The notes below the pieces were generated by a model that saw nothing but the letters and a program-made list of their open reading frames with translations, was not told the origin of the DNA and searched no databases. From NCBI GenBank assembly GCA_963823035.1, contig CAWGKG010000014.1:224001-288000 (forward strand): a stretch of 64,000 nt of DNA. Direction: 5' to 3'. This DNA is from an uncultured Gemmatimonadales bacterium. GTDB taxonomy: Bacteria > Gemmatimonadota > Gemmatimonadetes > Longimicrobiales > Gaopeijiaceae. The translations under genes and the position numbers were made by a program. This document shows positions 37,524 to 48,967 of the stretch, in pieces (position 1 is the first letter of the stretch; each line of letters opens with the position of its first letter).

Positions 37524-39130
37524 CCCGCCGTCCCGTCTCCCGCCACGTAGGAAGCCGGACAGGGATCGATACGGACGGACCCGTCCGGATCGGACGGCGT
37601 GGTCTGGAGAACCCGCTGCCCGGGGGGGAGGATCCCCAGGAGCTGCGTCCCTTCGCCGAAGCTCCCCATCGCGCACCACGCCCCGGGCGCCTGACGCACG
37701 GCGCCGGCCACGTAGCGGCGCGCCAGCCCGTCCCAGACGTCGAGAAGCTCGTAGCGGGCCCCCACCGTGGCCGCGAGGGAGAGGTGCGCCGCGAAGGCGG
37801 GGTCGAAGGGGAAGGTCCGTGAGGGCACACCGCTCAGCACGTAGAACATGCGGGGCTTGCGCGAGAGCACCGCGGAGCCGGGCGGAAGGTTGGCGCCCGA
37901 CCACATCGCGGCGTCCACGAACGCGGTGACGCGCGGGCCGTAGCAGGCGAACGGCCCCTGGCTGCGCACGACGGCCGCACATGCGGACGCCTCCCCGGAG
38001 GCCCGCGCCCAGGACTTCATCTCCGGCAGGACGACGACCAGGAGCGCGACCGCGCCCACCAGCCGGGGCGTCGCGAGGCCGAAGCGCGGGGTCGCCTCCT
38101 TCAGCAGGCTGGCGGCGTAGAGGAAGAGGAGCGGGTAGAGGGGGAGCGCGAAGCGGTCACCGGACCACACCACCGGCCACAGGAGGATGAGTCCCGCATA
38201 CAGGGGGAGGAAGAGCTCCGCGGGCCCCGGACGGCGCCGCAGGGCGAGCCCCCATCCGATCCCGCCGAGAAGCACCAACGCCAGCCCGAGCGCCGACACC
38301 AGCGTCCCGTGCGTGCCGACGATCCCCCCCGGGAGGTGCGTCCCGACGTACGCGGTGAGGTTCGTCCAGGCGCGGCCGACGAGCCCGAGCACGCCGACGC
38401 GGCCGAGCGCCGGCTGGTACGGGTCCACGAGCCAGAACTCGGAGACGTACTCCCCCTGCCCCGACCCGCGTGCGCGCAGCAGCCACAGCGCCATCGGCAC
38501 CCCGAGCGCCACGGCCGAGACCGCCAGGGCGCGCCACCTGCGAGCGAGCGCCAGCCAGGCCAGGAGCGCCACCACGAGGGGGAGCCCCGCGGAGCGGGTG
38601 AAGTAGGCGAGCCCGGTGGCGACCACGCCCACCACGAGCCACCCCACGGGCGTCCTCTCCTCGTCGGCGGCCCGTTCCAGCGCATACAGGGCCAGCAGGG
38701 TGAAAGCGAGGAAGGTGGGATCGGAGAGGATCCAGTGCCCGTAGTAGGCCATCGACGTGGCCATCGCCGTCACCAGCGCGACGCCGAGCGCCCGGACCGC
38801 ACCCACGCGGCGCTCCGCCCACAGCCAGGTGAGGGCGACGGTGGCCACGGTGGAGAGCGCGGCGACGATCTTCAGCGCCGACCAGGTCCGCGCCCCGAGC
38901 GCCATCGCGATCGCGAGGAGGGCCGGAAAGACGGGCGGATACTTCGTGTGCGGCGGTGCGGCCGGATCGAACAGCTCGGTGTAGGTGTGATGCTGTCAGG
39001 AGGGAGTAGCCGAGCGTCACGTAGCCGGCATTGTCGCCCCCGGTGTGCGGCGCCGGGTTGAACGTCGTGACCAGGACGACGACCGAGACCACGATGGCGA
39101 CGGCCAGGAGCGCCCAGCGCTTCCCTCCCG

Positions 39131-39134
<4 letters not shown>
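37466..39134 (-). CDS. GT-C (ArnT/PMT-like) membrane glycosyltransferase candidate, one frameshift near 38990
   Basis: GGDNAGY..LG, KYPPVFP, ILSDPTF, TRSAG and many TM helices; resembles 1619..3418. Confidence 0.7.
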
Positions 39135-40040
<906 letters not shown>

Positions 40041-40159
40041 TGCGCTCGCCTTGCTTGTCGGGGTTTCCGGGACCCGATAACGTCGGGCGTCGAATGGTAC
40101 CCGAGGGGTCGAAGGGCGGCAACGACGCGCCCCGCCCCCTTCCCGAATCGGAGCGTCGC

Positions 40160-41933
40160 ATGTTCCTGCAGTCCGCGGCCCGCATCTTCCGTCCCCTCGT
40201 CCTCGCCGCTGCCCTCCTGGCGACCGCCGGCTGTCGCGACGTGTCCGACGTGCGCGCGCCGGTCGGCCGACACCTCGTTCCCCGCGGGCTGGCCGTATCC
40301 GCACGACGCCACGCCGACGACGGGCCGGAACGGGATGGTGGTCACCACCGACGAGCTCGCGAGCCGGGTGGGGGTCGACGTGATGAAGGCGGGTGGCAAC
40401 GCCGTGGACGCCGCCGTCGCCGTCCAGTTCGCGCTGGCCGTGGTGAACCCCGAGGCGGGCAACATCGGTGGCGGCGGCTTCATGGTGGTGCGCCTGGCGG
40501 ACAACACGGCCGCGGCGCTGGACTTCCGCGAGAAGGCGCCGCTGGCGGCGACGCGCGACATGTACCTGGACGCGCGGGGCAACCTGACCGACGCGTCCCT
40601 GGAAGGGCACCTCTCGGTGGGCGTTCCCGGCTCGGTGATGGGGATGTGGGAAGCGCACCAGCGCTTCGGCACTCTCCCTTGGACGGATCTGGTGGCGCCC
40701 GCCGTGGCGCTCGCGGAGGGCTTCCCGGTCACCGACCGCTTCCTCGTGTCGCTGGATCCGGAGATGGTCGGGGCGCTCGCGCGCTTCCCCACCTCCGCGG
40801 CGCAATTCCTCCCGCGCGACGGCGCGCCTCCGCAGGTGGGCGACACGCTCCGCCAGCCCGAGCTGGCCCAGACGCTACGCCGCATCCAGGAGCACGGCCC
40901 CGACGGCTTCTACCGCGGGCGTACGGCGGAGTTGATCGTGGCCGAGATGAAGCGGGGCGGCGGGATCATCACGCTTCGGGATCTCGACACGTACACCGCC
41001 GCGTGGCGCGAACCGATCTGGTTCACCTATCGGGGTCACGAGATCGTGTCGATGCCGCCGTCGTCGTCCGGCGGCGCGACCATGGCGGAGATCGCCAACA
41101 TCCTGGAGGGCTTCGACCTGGGCGCGCTGCCGTGGCACGGGCCCGAGATGGTGCACCTCTACGTGGAGGCCTGGAGGCGAGCCTACGCCGATCGCAACGC
41201 GTACCTGGCCGACCCGGACTTCGTGGAGATGCCGATCGACCGGATGACGTCGATGGAATACGCGGACGAGCGGCGCGCCACGATCTCCGAGGACCGCGCC
41301 ACCCCGTCGACCGAGGTGGCACCGGGCCTGGGCGCCCCCGCCGAGGGGATGCACACCACGCACTACTCGATCGTGGACGGGGAGGGCAACGCGGTCGCCG
41401 TGACCACCACGCTCAACTCGTGGTACGGGAGCAAGGTCACGGTGGCCGGCGCCGGCTTCGTGCTCAACAACGAGATGGACGACTTCGCGGCCAAGCCCGG
41501 CACCCCCAACCAGTACGGGCTCGTCCAGGGCGAGGCCAACGCCGTGGAGCCCGGCAAGCGCATGCTGTCGGCGATGACGCCCACGATCGTGGTCGGTCCG
41601 GGCGGGCACCTGCGCATGGTGGTCGGGACGCCCGGCGGATCGACCATCATCACCACGGTCTTCCAGGTCATCTCCAACGTGCTCGACTACCGGATGGGCG
41701 TGGTGGCCGCGGTGGACGCGCCGCGCGTGCATCACCAGCACCTTCCCGACCAGGTCTTCTACGAAGGCGGAGCGCTGAGCGAGCAGACGCTGCAGACGCT
41801 GCGCGACATGGGGTACACCATGGTCGAGCGCGGGGGGGAGAGCGGGGACGTACAGGCCATCCTGGTCGAGGAGGACGGAACCCTGCGCGGTTGGTCCGAT
41901 CCAAGACGTGGAGGGAAAGCCGTCGGGTACTGA
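40160..41933 (+). CDS. ggt: Gamma-glutamyltransferase, lipoprotein (frameshift near 40265)
   Basis: ATAGC lipobox; [29 protein letters not shown] (catalytic Thr), [23 protein letters not shown] and DPRR. Confidence 0.95.
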
Positions 41934-41961
41934 CGTCAGGGTGCCCTCCCATCCGGGTAGA

Positions 41962-42120
41962 GCGCGGAGGGGCGGCGCACCCCCCGTAGCGAGACTCCGC
42001 CGCGCGTAGCGGCGGAGCGAGGCAACGCCCTCACCCCGCCGAGCATTAGCCAGAGGGCTCCGCCACGCCTACGCGGCGGCCGAGCGGTCTCGCCAAGGGG
42101 GGCGCGCCGCCCCTCCGCGC
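41962..42120. repeat. 159-bp intergenic long inverted repeat / multibranch hairpin
   Basis: GCGCGGAGGGGCGGCGCACCCCCC...GGGGGGCGCGCCGCCCCTCCGCGC (23/24), inner GCGAGAC/GTCTCGC and hairpin CTCCGCCGC-GCGTA-GCGGCGGAG. Confidence 0.85.
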
Positions 42121-42198
42121 CCTCCATGCCGGGTGGCCCGTGGTTGGACCGGACGGTTCGCCCGGGAACCCGTTCCTCCCCCGGGGTAGACTCGCCCC

Positions 42199-43992
42199 AT
42201 GGGTGACCTTCGTTCGATCCTCCCGTACTTCCGACCCTATCTGAAGCCCTTCTCGTGGGGGCTGGTGTTCGTGGTGTTCGCGAACGCCTTCCAGATCGCG
42301 GGCCCGTACCTGGTGAAGCTCGCGATCGACGGGCTGTCGGGTCCGGGAGTGACGGCGGCGCGCGTGGCGGGGCTGGCCGGGATGATCGTGGCGGCGGCGC
42401 TCCTCGGTGGGGCGGCGCGCTACGGGATGCGGGAGCTGCTGAACGGGGTCAGCCGGCGCATGGAGGCGGACCTGCGCAACGACTTCTTCCAGCATCTGCT
42501 CCGCCTGGACGCGTCGTTCTACGGGTCGATCCGGACGGGCGACCTGATGAGCCGCGCCACCAACGACACGTTCGCGGTGCGCATGGCGGTCGGCCCGGCC
42601 GTGATGTACACGGTGAACACGCTGGTCACCTTCGCGTTCGTGATCACCGCCATGCTGCTGCTGAGCCCGCGCCTGACGGGGCTGGCCATGATCCCCCTCG
42701 TGGTCATGCCGCCGATCGTGATCGGCTTCGGCCGTGTGATCCACCGGCGCTTCGAGGAGATCCAGGAGCAGTTCTCCACCCTGTCGACGATGGTGCAGGA
42801 GAACCTCACGGGCGTGCGCATCGTGCGCGCCTACACACAGGAGCGGGAGCAGGCGCGGCAGTTCGACGCGTTGAACGACGAGTACCGGCGCCGGAACATG
42901 GGACTCGCGATCTCGGCGGGCGCGTTCCACCCGGTGCTCGGCCTCATCGCGGGGGCGGCGATGGTGATGGTGCTCCTGCTCGGCGGCCGCGAGGTGATCG
43001 CGGACCAGATCACCGTCGGGGCCTTCGTCGCGTTCGGCTTCTACCTGATGCTCCTGGTCTGGCCGATGATCGCCGTGGGGTGGGTCGTGAACCTCTACCA
43101 ACGCGGCGCCGCGTCCATGGGGCGCCTCAACAAGATCCTCCAGGCGGAGCCGGCCGTGGCCGTCCCCGCCGAGCCGGTGTCGCTGGAGGGCATGCGGGGG
43201 CGCGTGGCGTTCCGCAACGTCTCCTTCACCTACCCGGGCACCGAGCGCGTCGTGCTGCACGACGTCACCTTCGAGGTGGAGCCCGGCCGCGTGATCGCGC
43301 TCATGGGTCCGACCGGATCGGGGAAGAGCACGCTCGTCGCCCTGCTGGCGCGGATCTACGACCCGACCTCGGGCGAGGTGCTGCTGGACGGCGTCCCGCT
43401 CACCCGCGTGGACCCGGCGGAGCTCCGCCGTCGCATCGGCATGGTGCCCCAGGACTCCTTCCTCTTCTCCGAGAGCATCGAGGCGAACATCGGACTGGGG
43501 CTCGACGACGCGGAGCCGCCCGCCTCGGAGGGTGACCCGTCGGCGGCGGTGGCCGCGGCCGCTCGCATCGCGCAGCTGCACGACCAGATCGAGGACTTCC
43601 CGCAACGCTACGGGACGATGCTGGGCGAGCGCGGCATCAACCTCTCGGGTGGGCAGAAGCAGCGTGCCGCGCTGGCGCGGGCCATCGCGCGCGACCCGCT
43701 CATCCTCGTGCTCGACGACGCCCTCTCGGCGGTGGACACGCACACCGAGGCGAAGATCCTCGAGGACCTGCGCGACGTCATGAAGGGCCGCACGTCGTTC
43801 ATCATCAGCCATCGCGCCTCGGCGGTGATGACCGCCGACGCGATCCTGGTGCTGGAGGACGGCCGCATCGTGGAGCGCGGTACGCACGCCGAGCTGGTCG
43901 CGGCCGACGGCACCTACGCGCGCCTCCTGCGGCGGCAGATGCTGGAGGAGGAGTTCGCGTCCGCAGCGGTCGTGGAGGCCGCCGGCGACTGA
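42199..43992 (+). CDS. ABC exporter, fused permease/ATPase (MdlA-like)
   Basis: TM domain, GPTGSGKST, VPQ, LSGGQKQR, LDDALSAVD and ISHR. Confidence 0.95.
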   Translation: MGDLRSILPYFRPYLKPFSWGLVFVVFANAFQIAGPYLVKLAIDGLSGPGVTAARVAGLAGMIVAAALLGGAARYGMRELLNGVSRRMEADLRNDFFQHLLRLDASFYGSIRTGDLMSRATNDTFAVRMAVGPAVMYTVNTLVTFAFVITAMLLLSPRLTGLAMIPLVVMPPIVIGFGRVIHRRFEEIQEQFSTLSTMVQENLTGVRIVRAYTQEREQARQFDALNDEYRRRNMGLAISAGAFHPVLGLIAGAAMVMVLLLGGREVIADQITVGAFVAFGFYLMLLVWPMIAVGWVVNLYQRGAASMGRLNKILQAEPAVAVPAEPVSLEGMRGRVAFRNVSFTYPGTERVVLHDVTFEVEPGRVIALMGPTGSGKSTLVALLARIYDPTSGEVLLDGVPLTRVDPAELRRRIGMVPQDSFLFSESIEANIGLGLDDAEPPASEGDPSAAVAAAARIAQLHDQIEDFPQRYGTMLGERGINLSGGQKQRAALARAIARDPLILVLDDALSAVDTHTEAKILEDLRDVMKGRTSFIISHRASAVMTADAILVLEDGRIVERGTHAELVAADGTYARLLRRQMLEEEFASAAVVEAAGD

Positions 43993-43999
43993 CCGGCTG

Positions 44000-44869
44000 T
44001 CAGCGCGCGATGACGAGCGCCGCGGCCAGCGCGCCGATCAGGACGAGGGGCTTCCACCACGACGTCTTCCCCACGCCCCGCCGGGGCACCCGCGTCCACA
44101 CGACCAGGACGCCGCACGCACCGCGGGCGTACTGGGGCGGGGTGGTGGCCGTGGTGTAGATCTCGACCGCTTCGACGTCGTCGGGATGGAGGATCATGTC
44201 GAGGCTGGTCCCCTCGTACGACGCCACACCGTCGATGTAGAGCTTCGGCGTGCACCCGCCGTGCAGCAGCAGGCGCGCGTCGCCGTTGCGGTCCGGGACG
44301 ACCCTGATGCCCGCGATCGTGCGGAAGAGGTCGGTGACCTGGTGGGGCCGGCGACGCTCGATGTCCTCGCGGGTGATGAACGAGCCCATGCCGAGGGCGC
44401 GTCGCCGCTCGAAGTCCTGCATGACGGCGGAGGTCCGCCGCTCGACCGTGACCACCAACGGCTCGAGGTCCATCGCCTCCGGAACGAGCGACGCCGTCAC
44501 CTCCGTGTCGACGCGCGCGTCCAGGACGAGGTCCCGCGACAGCTCGCTGTAGCCGAAGCTCCCGATGGTCAGCGTGTACGAGCCCGCGGCCAGGGGCGGG
44601 AAGACGAACGTGCCGAGGCTGTCGGACTCGACGCGGCCGGCACGCGTGCCCGTCTCGACGTCCACGAGCTCCACGAGCGCCCCGGCGATCGGCACCTCGC
44701 TGACCCGGTCGAGCACGGTACCGGCGAGGCCCGAGCTGGCGTGGCGAGGAGGCGTCTCCGGCGGGGCTTGCGCCACGATCTCGACGGCGGCCAGCCACAC
44801 GAAGAGCGTCGCGGCGCCCGCTGCGAGCGCCGGGCGAAGGATGCTCTGACGAGGGAGGGCCGTCCGCAT
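44000..44869 (-). CDS. Carboxypeptidase-regulatory-like domain + TonB plug-like protein
   Basis: GTVLD...PIAGALVEL, LEPLVVTV, FERRR..GMGSFITREDI, DVEAVEIY, CGVLVVWT and a C-terminal TM. Confidence 0.85.
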   Translation of the reverse strand: MRTALPRQSILRPALAAGAATLFVWLAAVEIVAQAPPETPPRHASSGLAGTVLDRVSEVPIAGALVELVDVETGTRAGRVESDSLGTFVFPPLAAGSYTLTIGSFGYSELSRDLVLDARVDTEVTASLVPEAMDLEPLVVTVERRTSAVMQDFERRRALGMGSFITREDIERRRPHQVTDLFRTIAGIRVVPDRNGDARLLLHGGCTPKLYIDGVASYEGTSLDMILHPDDVEAVEIYTTATTPPQYARGACGVLVVWTRVPRRGVGKTSWWKPLVLIGALAAALVIAR

Positions 44870-45105
44870 CGGTGCCGCGACTCCGGATGTCCGACGGAGG
44901 AGTCCGCCGACCGCGGCCCCGCACCGGCGCCGCACCCGAAACGTAGGGCAGCCCCGGCGGCGGCGCCAAGTCACCCCGCCCCTTCGGGGGGGAGTGGCGT
45001 CGCCGCGCGTCGTCCACTAAGATTCTTTACTGAAGGTCCTTGAGGATCCCTTTCCCGTCTCGACGACGGCCGCTCTGGAGCCGATCCTTGACCGAGCTCG
45101 CCTCG

Positions 45106-45426
45106 ATGAAGCTGGTGCGTGGCACCGTCGACCTGATCGTATTGCGAACGCTGATGCAGGGGCAGATGCACGGCTTCGAGATCGCGCGCTGGATCCGCGA
45201 CCACAGCGGAGACGCGGTGTCCTTCGAGGACGCGGCCCTCTACCAGTCGCTGCACCGGCTCGAACGGCAGGGGCTCGTCGAGTCCTCGTGGGGGCGGTCC
45301 GAGAACAACCGGCGCGCGCGGTTCTACACGCTGACGCGAAAGGGGCGAGGGCGTCTGCAGGTCGAGACCGATGCATTCCACAGCTACGCGGCGGCGATGA
45401 AGAGCCTGCTCGAAGCGGAGAAGTGA
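45106..45426 (+). CDS. PadR family transcriptional regulator
   Basis: GTVDLIVLRTL..MHGFEI, LYQSLHRLE, WGRSENNRRARFY.LT. Confidence 0.92.
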   Translation: MKLVRGTVDLIVLRTLMQGQMHGFEIARWIRDHSGDAVSFEDAALYQSLHRLERQGLVESSWGRSENNRRARFYTLTRKGRGRLQVETDAFHSYAAAMKSLLEAEK

Positions 45427-45433
45427 GGGGAGG

Positions 45434-48057
45434 ATGGGAAGACGGGAGCGGGGTACGCGCCTGACCGGGGACGCGGATCCGGCGCGTGAGGTGGACGACG
45501 AGCTCGCCTTCCACCTGGGGCAGCGTGCCGAGGAGCTGCGCGCCGAGGGGATGTCCGCCGAGGAAGCGCGACGGCGGGCCGAGGAGGAGTTCGGAGACCT
45601 GACCGAGACGCGTCGCTACTGCGAGGAGGAGGATCGTCGTCGCGTCCGCCTCAGGCGGCTGCGGGCATGGCCGCGCTCGTTCTTCGACGAGTTGCTGCTC
45701 GCTTGGCGCGCGATCGCGCGCCGACCGGGCGCGGTGGCCGCCCCGGTCGCGATCCTCGCGGCGGCCGTGGCCCTGAACACGCTCGTCTTCACGGTCGTGC
45801 GCGGCGTGCTCTTCTCCCCCTGCCCTTCGCCGACCCGGACCGTCTGGTGGCGGTGGACGAGGTGAGCGAGCAGTACGGACTGTCGCGGGTGTCCTACCCC
45901 GTGCTCGACGCCTGGCGCCGGGATGCCCGCTCCGTCGACGTCGTGGCCGCGTATCTCGAGACCGAGTTCAACCTCGTCGGTGCGAACGAGACGGTCCGGA
46001 TCGCGGGCGCGACCGTCACGGACGGGTTCTTCGACCTCCTGGACGCCCCCATGCTGCTCGGCCGGCCCCTCCCGGACGACGCCTTCCGTCCGGACGCGGC
46101 GCCGGCCGTGCTCATCTCGGAGGGGCTCTGGCGGCGCGCGTTCCACGCCGACCCGGGCGCGATCGGCCGCACCTTGCACCTCGGGGGCCTCGAGGTGCCG
46201 GTGCTCGGGGTCGTCCGCGGCGACCGTGTCTTCCCCGACGGCACGGAGGTGTGGATCCCGCTGGAGGCCACGAATCCCGGCCTGATGGAGGTCGCCGGCG
46301 CGAAGATCCTGCGCGGCCTGGCCCGGCTGCGGGTGGGATCGACGACCGAGGAGGTCGCGCGCGAGCTGGGCGCCATCTCCGCCGGCGTGACGGGGGGAGC
46401 CCCGGCAGCGTCCGCCGTAGCGATCTCCGAGCGCCTGCTGGGTGACGTGCGTACCCCCCTCCTCCTCCTTCAGGGGGCGGTACTTCTCGTGCTGCTGGCC
46501 GCCGGCGCCAACGCCGGCGGGATGCTGCTCGCGCGCAGTGTGCGAAGGCGTGGCGAGCTCGCCGTGCGTGTGTCGGTGGGGGCGGGATCCGGTCGCGTGG
46601 CGGGGGGCCTGCTCCTGGAGGGCGCGCTTCTCGGCATGGGCGCCGGACTGATCGGGCTGGTCGCCGCGGCGGTGCTGCTGAGGCCGGCGCTGGCCCTCGT
46701 TCCCGACGACCTTCCGCACGCGGCCGCGATCGGCCTCGATCCGACGATGGGGCTCCTCGCCGTCGGGGTCGCGGTGGCCACGGGGCTCGCCACGGCTCTG
46801 GCGCCGGCGCTGGTGGGATCCGGCACGCAGCCGGCCGCCCTTCTGCGCGAATCCTCGCCCGGCACCGGTGAGGCCGGATGGCTGCGCCGCCTCCTCGAGG
46901 GCTTCGTCGTGACGCAGGTGGCGCTCGCCGTCGTCCTCACCGCCGGGGCCGGGCTGCTCCTGCGCAGCTTCGTGGCGACCGTGACGGAGGACCCGGGTTT
47001 CGATCCCGGAAACGTGACGGTCGTGGACGTGGGTCTGCCCGACTACCACTATCCGGATGCCGCGGCGCGGCTCGCCTTCGCCCACGAGCTCCTGCGGCGC
47101 GCCGCCGACCTCCCCGGCGCGACCGCCGTCGCGCTCGGTCGCAACCTCCCGATCTCCGGCTCCAACATGACGTCGCCGCTCCTGACGGAGGACGGGATCC
47201 AGACGGGCTCCGTGCAGGTCGCGCTGGTGTCCGCGGGCTATTTCGACCTCATGCACATCCCTGTACGGGACGGTCGCGGCTTCCAGGACGACGACCGCGA
47301 GGGGGGCCCCGCCGTCCTCGTGGTCGATCCCGACATCGTCACCTCGGAGGGGGACACCCTGGGCGTCGGCAGCAGGGCCCACTCCTTCTACGGATCGCCC
47401 ACCGGTCCCGACGGGCCGCGCGACGTGGTCGGGGTCGTGGGCGCCGTGCGCCACGACGGGCTGCGTGCCGCGCCACCGCCCGTGGCGTACGAGCCTTTCT
47501 TCCAGAAGGGAGGCGCCGCGGGCTTCTCCCTGCTCGTGCGCTCCGACGCGCCGGCGCCGGTGGTAGCGGACGCGGCGCGAGCGCTCCTGCGCTCCCTCGA
47601 CGCGGAATTGCCGGTCGACCGCATCGGGACGATGCGCGCGCGCATCTCGCGCTCGTTGGCGGAGCCCAGGTTCTACACCCTGGTGCTCTCCATCTTCGGC
47701 GTCCTCGCGGTCGTGCTCGCGCTCGCCGGATGCCAGGCGGGGCTGGCCCACCGCGTCGCCGCCCGCCGACGGGAGATCGGGCTACGCATGGCGCTCGGAG
47801 CGAGCCAACGCGGGGTACGTCGGATGGTGCTGCGGCGGGGCCTCGCGCTCACCGGAGCCGGGGCCGTGCTCGGCCTCCTCCTGTCCGTACCCGGAACGCG
47901 CCTCCTCGACAGTCAGCTCTACGGCGTGCACGCCGGCGACCCGCTCACGTACGTGGGCCTGCTGGTCCTCCTCCTGGCCGCGGCGGCCCTGGCGTCCGAC
48001 CTGCCGGCGCGACGCGCCGCGCGCGTCGACCCGGTCGAGACGCTGCGGGACGGGTAG
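45434..48057 (+). CDS. Duplicated orphan ABC permease (ADOP type), frameshift near 45815
   Basis: EVDDELAFHL prefix, LPFADPDRLV, REIGLRMALGA and PARRAARVDP; the shift lies at a C homopolymer. Confidence 0.88.
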
Positions 48058-48075
48058 GGCCACCCCTGGTCGGAA

Positions 48076-48220
48076 GGGGCACGGGGTGCTCCGGCGCAGG
48101 AAACTCGGCGCGTGGATTTGGTCGGCCGCGCGCCGCGTAGCGAGGCGCCCGTCACCCCGATCCCGAAACCATGAAGTCCAAGTCGCCGAGTGGTTCCGGA
48201 GCCGGAGCACCCCGTGCCCC
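48076..48220. repeat. 145-bp long inverted repeat between convergent genes
   Basis: Perfect 20-bp IR GGGGCACGGGGTGCTCCGGC/GCCGGAGCACCCCGTGCCCC, inner ACTCGGCG/CGCCGAGT and central CGCGTAGCG. Confidence 0.88.
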
Positions 48221-48241
48221 GCCCCACCGGGAAGCCTTCCC

Positions 48242-48967
48242 CTAGGTCCGGTCCAGAATGAACCCCGGCGTGAACCGCGCCAACCAGCTGCTCAGGATCG
48301 TGAACCACCCCATGAGCAGGAGGATCCCCAGGAACACCAGGAGCACCCCCGACGCCTTCTCGACGATCGGGAGGAACCTCCGGAAGCGCTTGAACACCTG
48401 GAGGAACCAGTCGAGCGCGAGCGCCGCCACCAGGAAGGGGATCGCGAGCCCCAGCGAGTACACGGTCAGCAGCCCGACACCCGCCCACATCGTGTCCTGG
48501 GAGAAGCCGTACGTGAGGATCGCGCCGAGCACCGGGCCGATGCAGGGCGTCCAGCCGGCGCCGAACGCCATGCCCACGCCCAGCGTGCCCAGGTAGCCGG
48601 CCGGCTTGTCCGCGAGGTGCATCCGCTTCTCCCGCATGAGCGGCATGAGCTTGAACACGCCCGCCATGTGCAGCCCGAGCAGGATGATGATCACCCCACC
48701 GATGCGCGCGATCCAGATCTCGTAGGCCTTGAAGAACTGGCCGAGGAACGAGGCGGACGCGCCCAGGAGGATGAAGATGAGGCTGAAGCCCGCCACGAAG
48801 AGGATCGCGTGCGTCATCGTGACGCGCCGGTCCACCCCACCCTGCAGGTCCTCGAGGCTCATCCCCGTGACGAAGGTCAGGTAGCTGGGCACCAGCGGAA
48901 GGACGCAGGGGGAGAGGAAGGAAAGGACCCCCGCGGTGAATGCGATGAGAATGCCTACGTCGTTCAA
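48242..48967 (-). CDS. ccdA: Cytochrome c biogenesis protein CcdA
   Basis: AGVLSFLSPCVLPL and GWTPCIGPVLG; TTG start overlapping the upstream stop. Confidence 0.93.
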   Translation of the reverse strand: MNDVGILIAFTAGVLSFLSPCVLPLVPSYLTFVTGMSLEDLQGGVDRRVTMTHAILFVAGFSLIFILLGASASFLGQFFKAYEIWIARIGGVIIILLGLHMAGVFKLMPLMREKRMHLADKPAGYLGTLGVGMAFGAGWTPCIGPVLGAILTYGFSQDTMWAGVGLLTVYSLGLAIPFLVAALALDWFLQVFKRFRRFLPIVEKASGVLLVFLGILLLMGWFTILSSWLARFTPGFILDRT

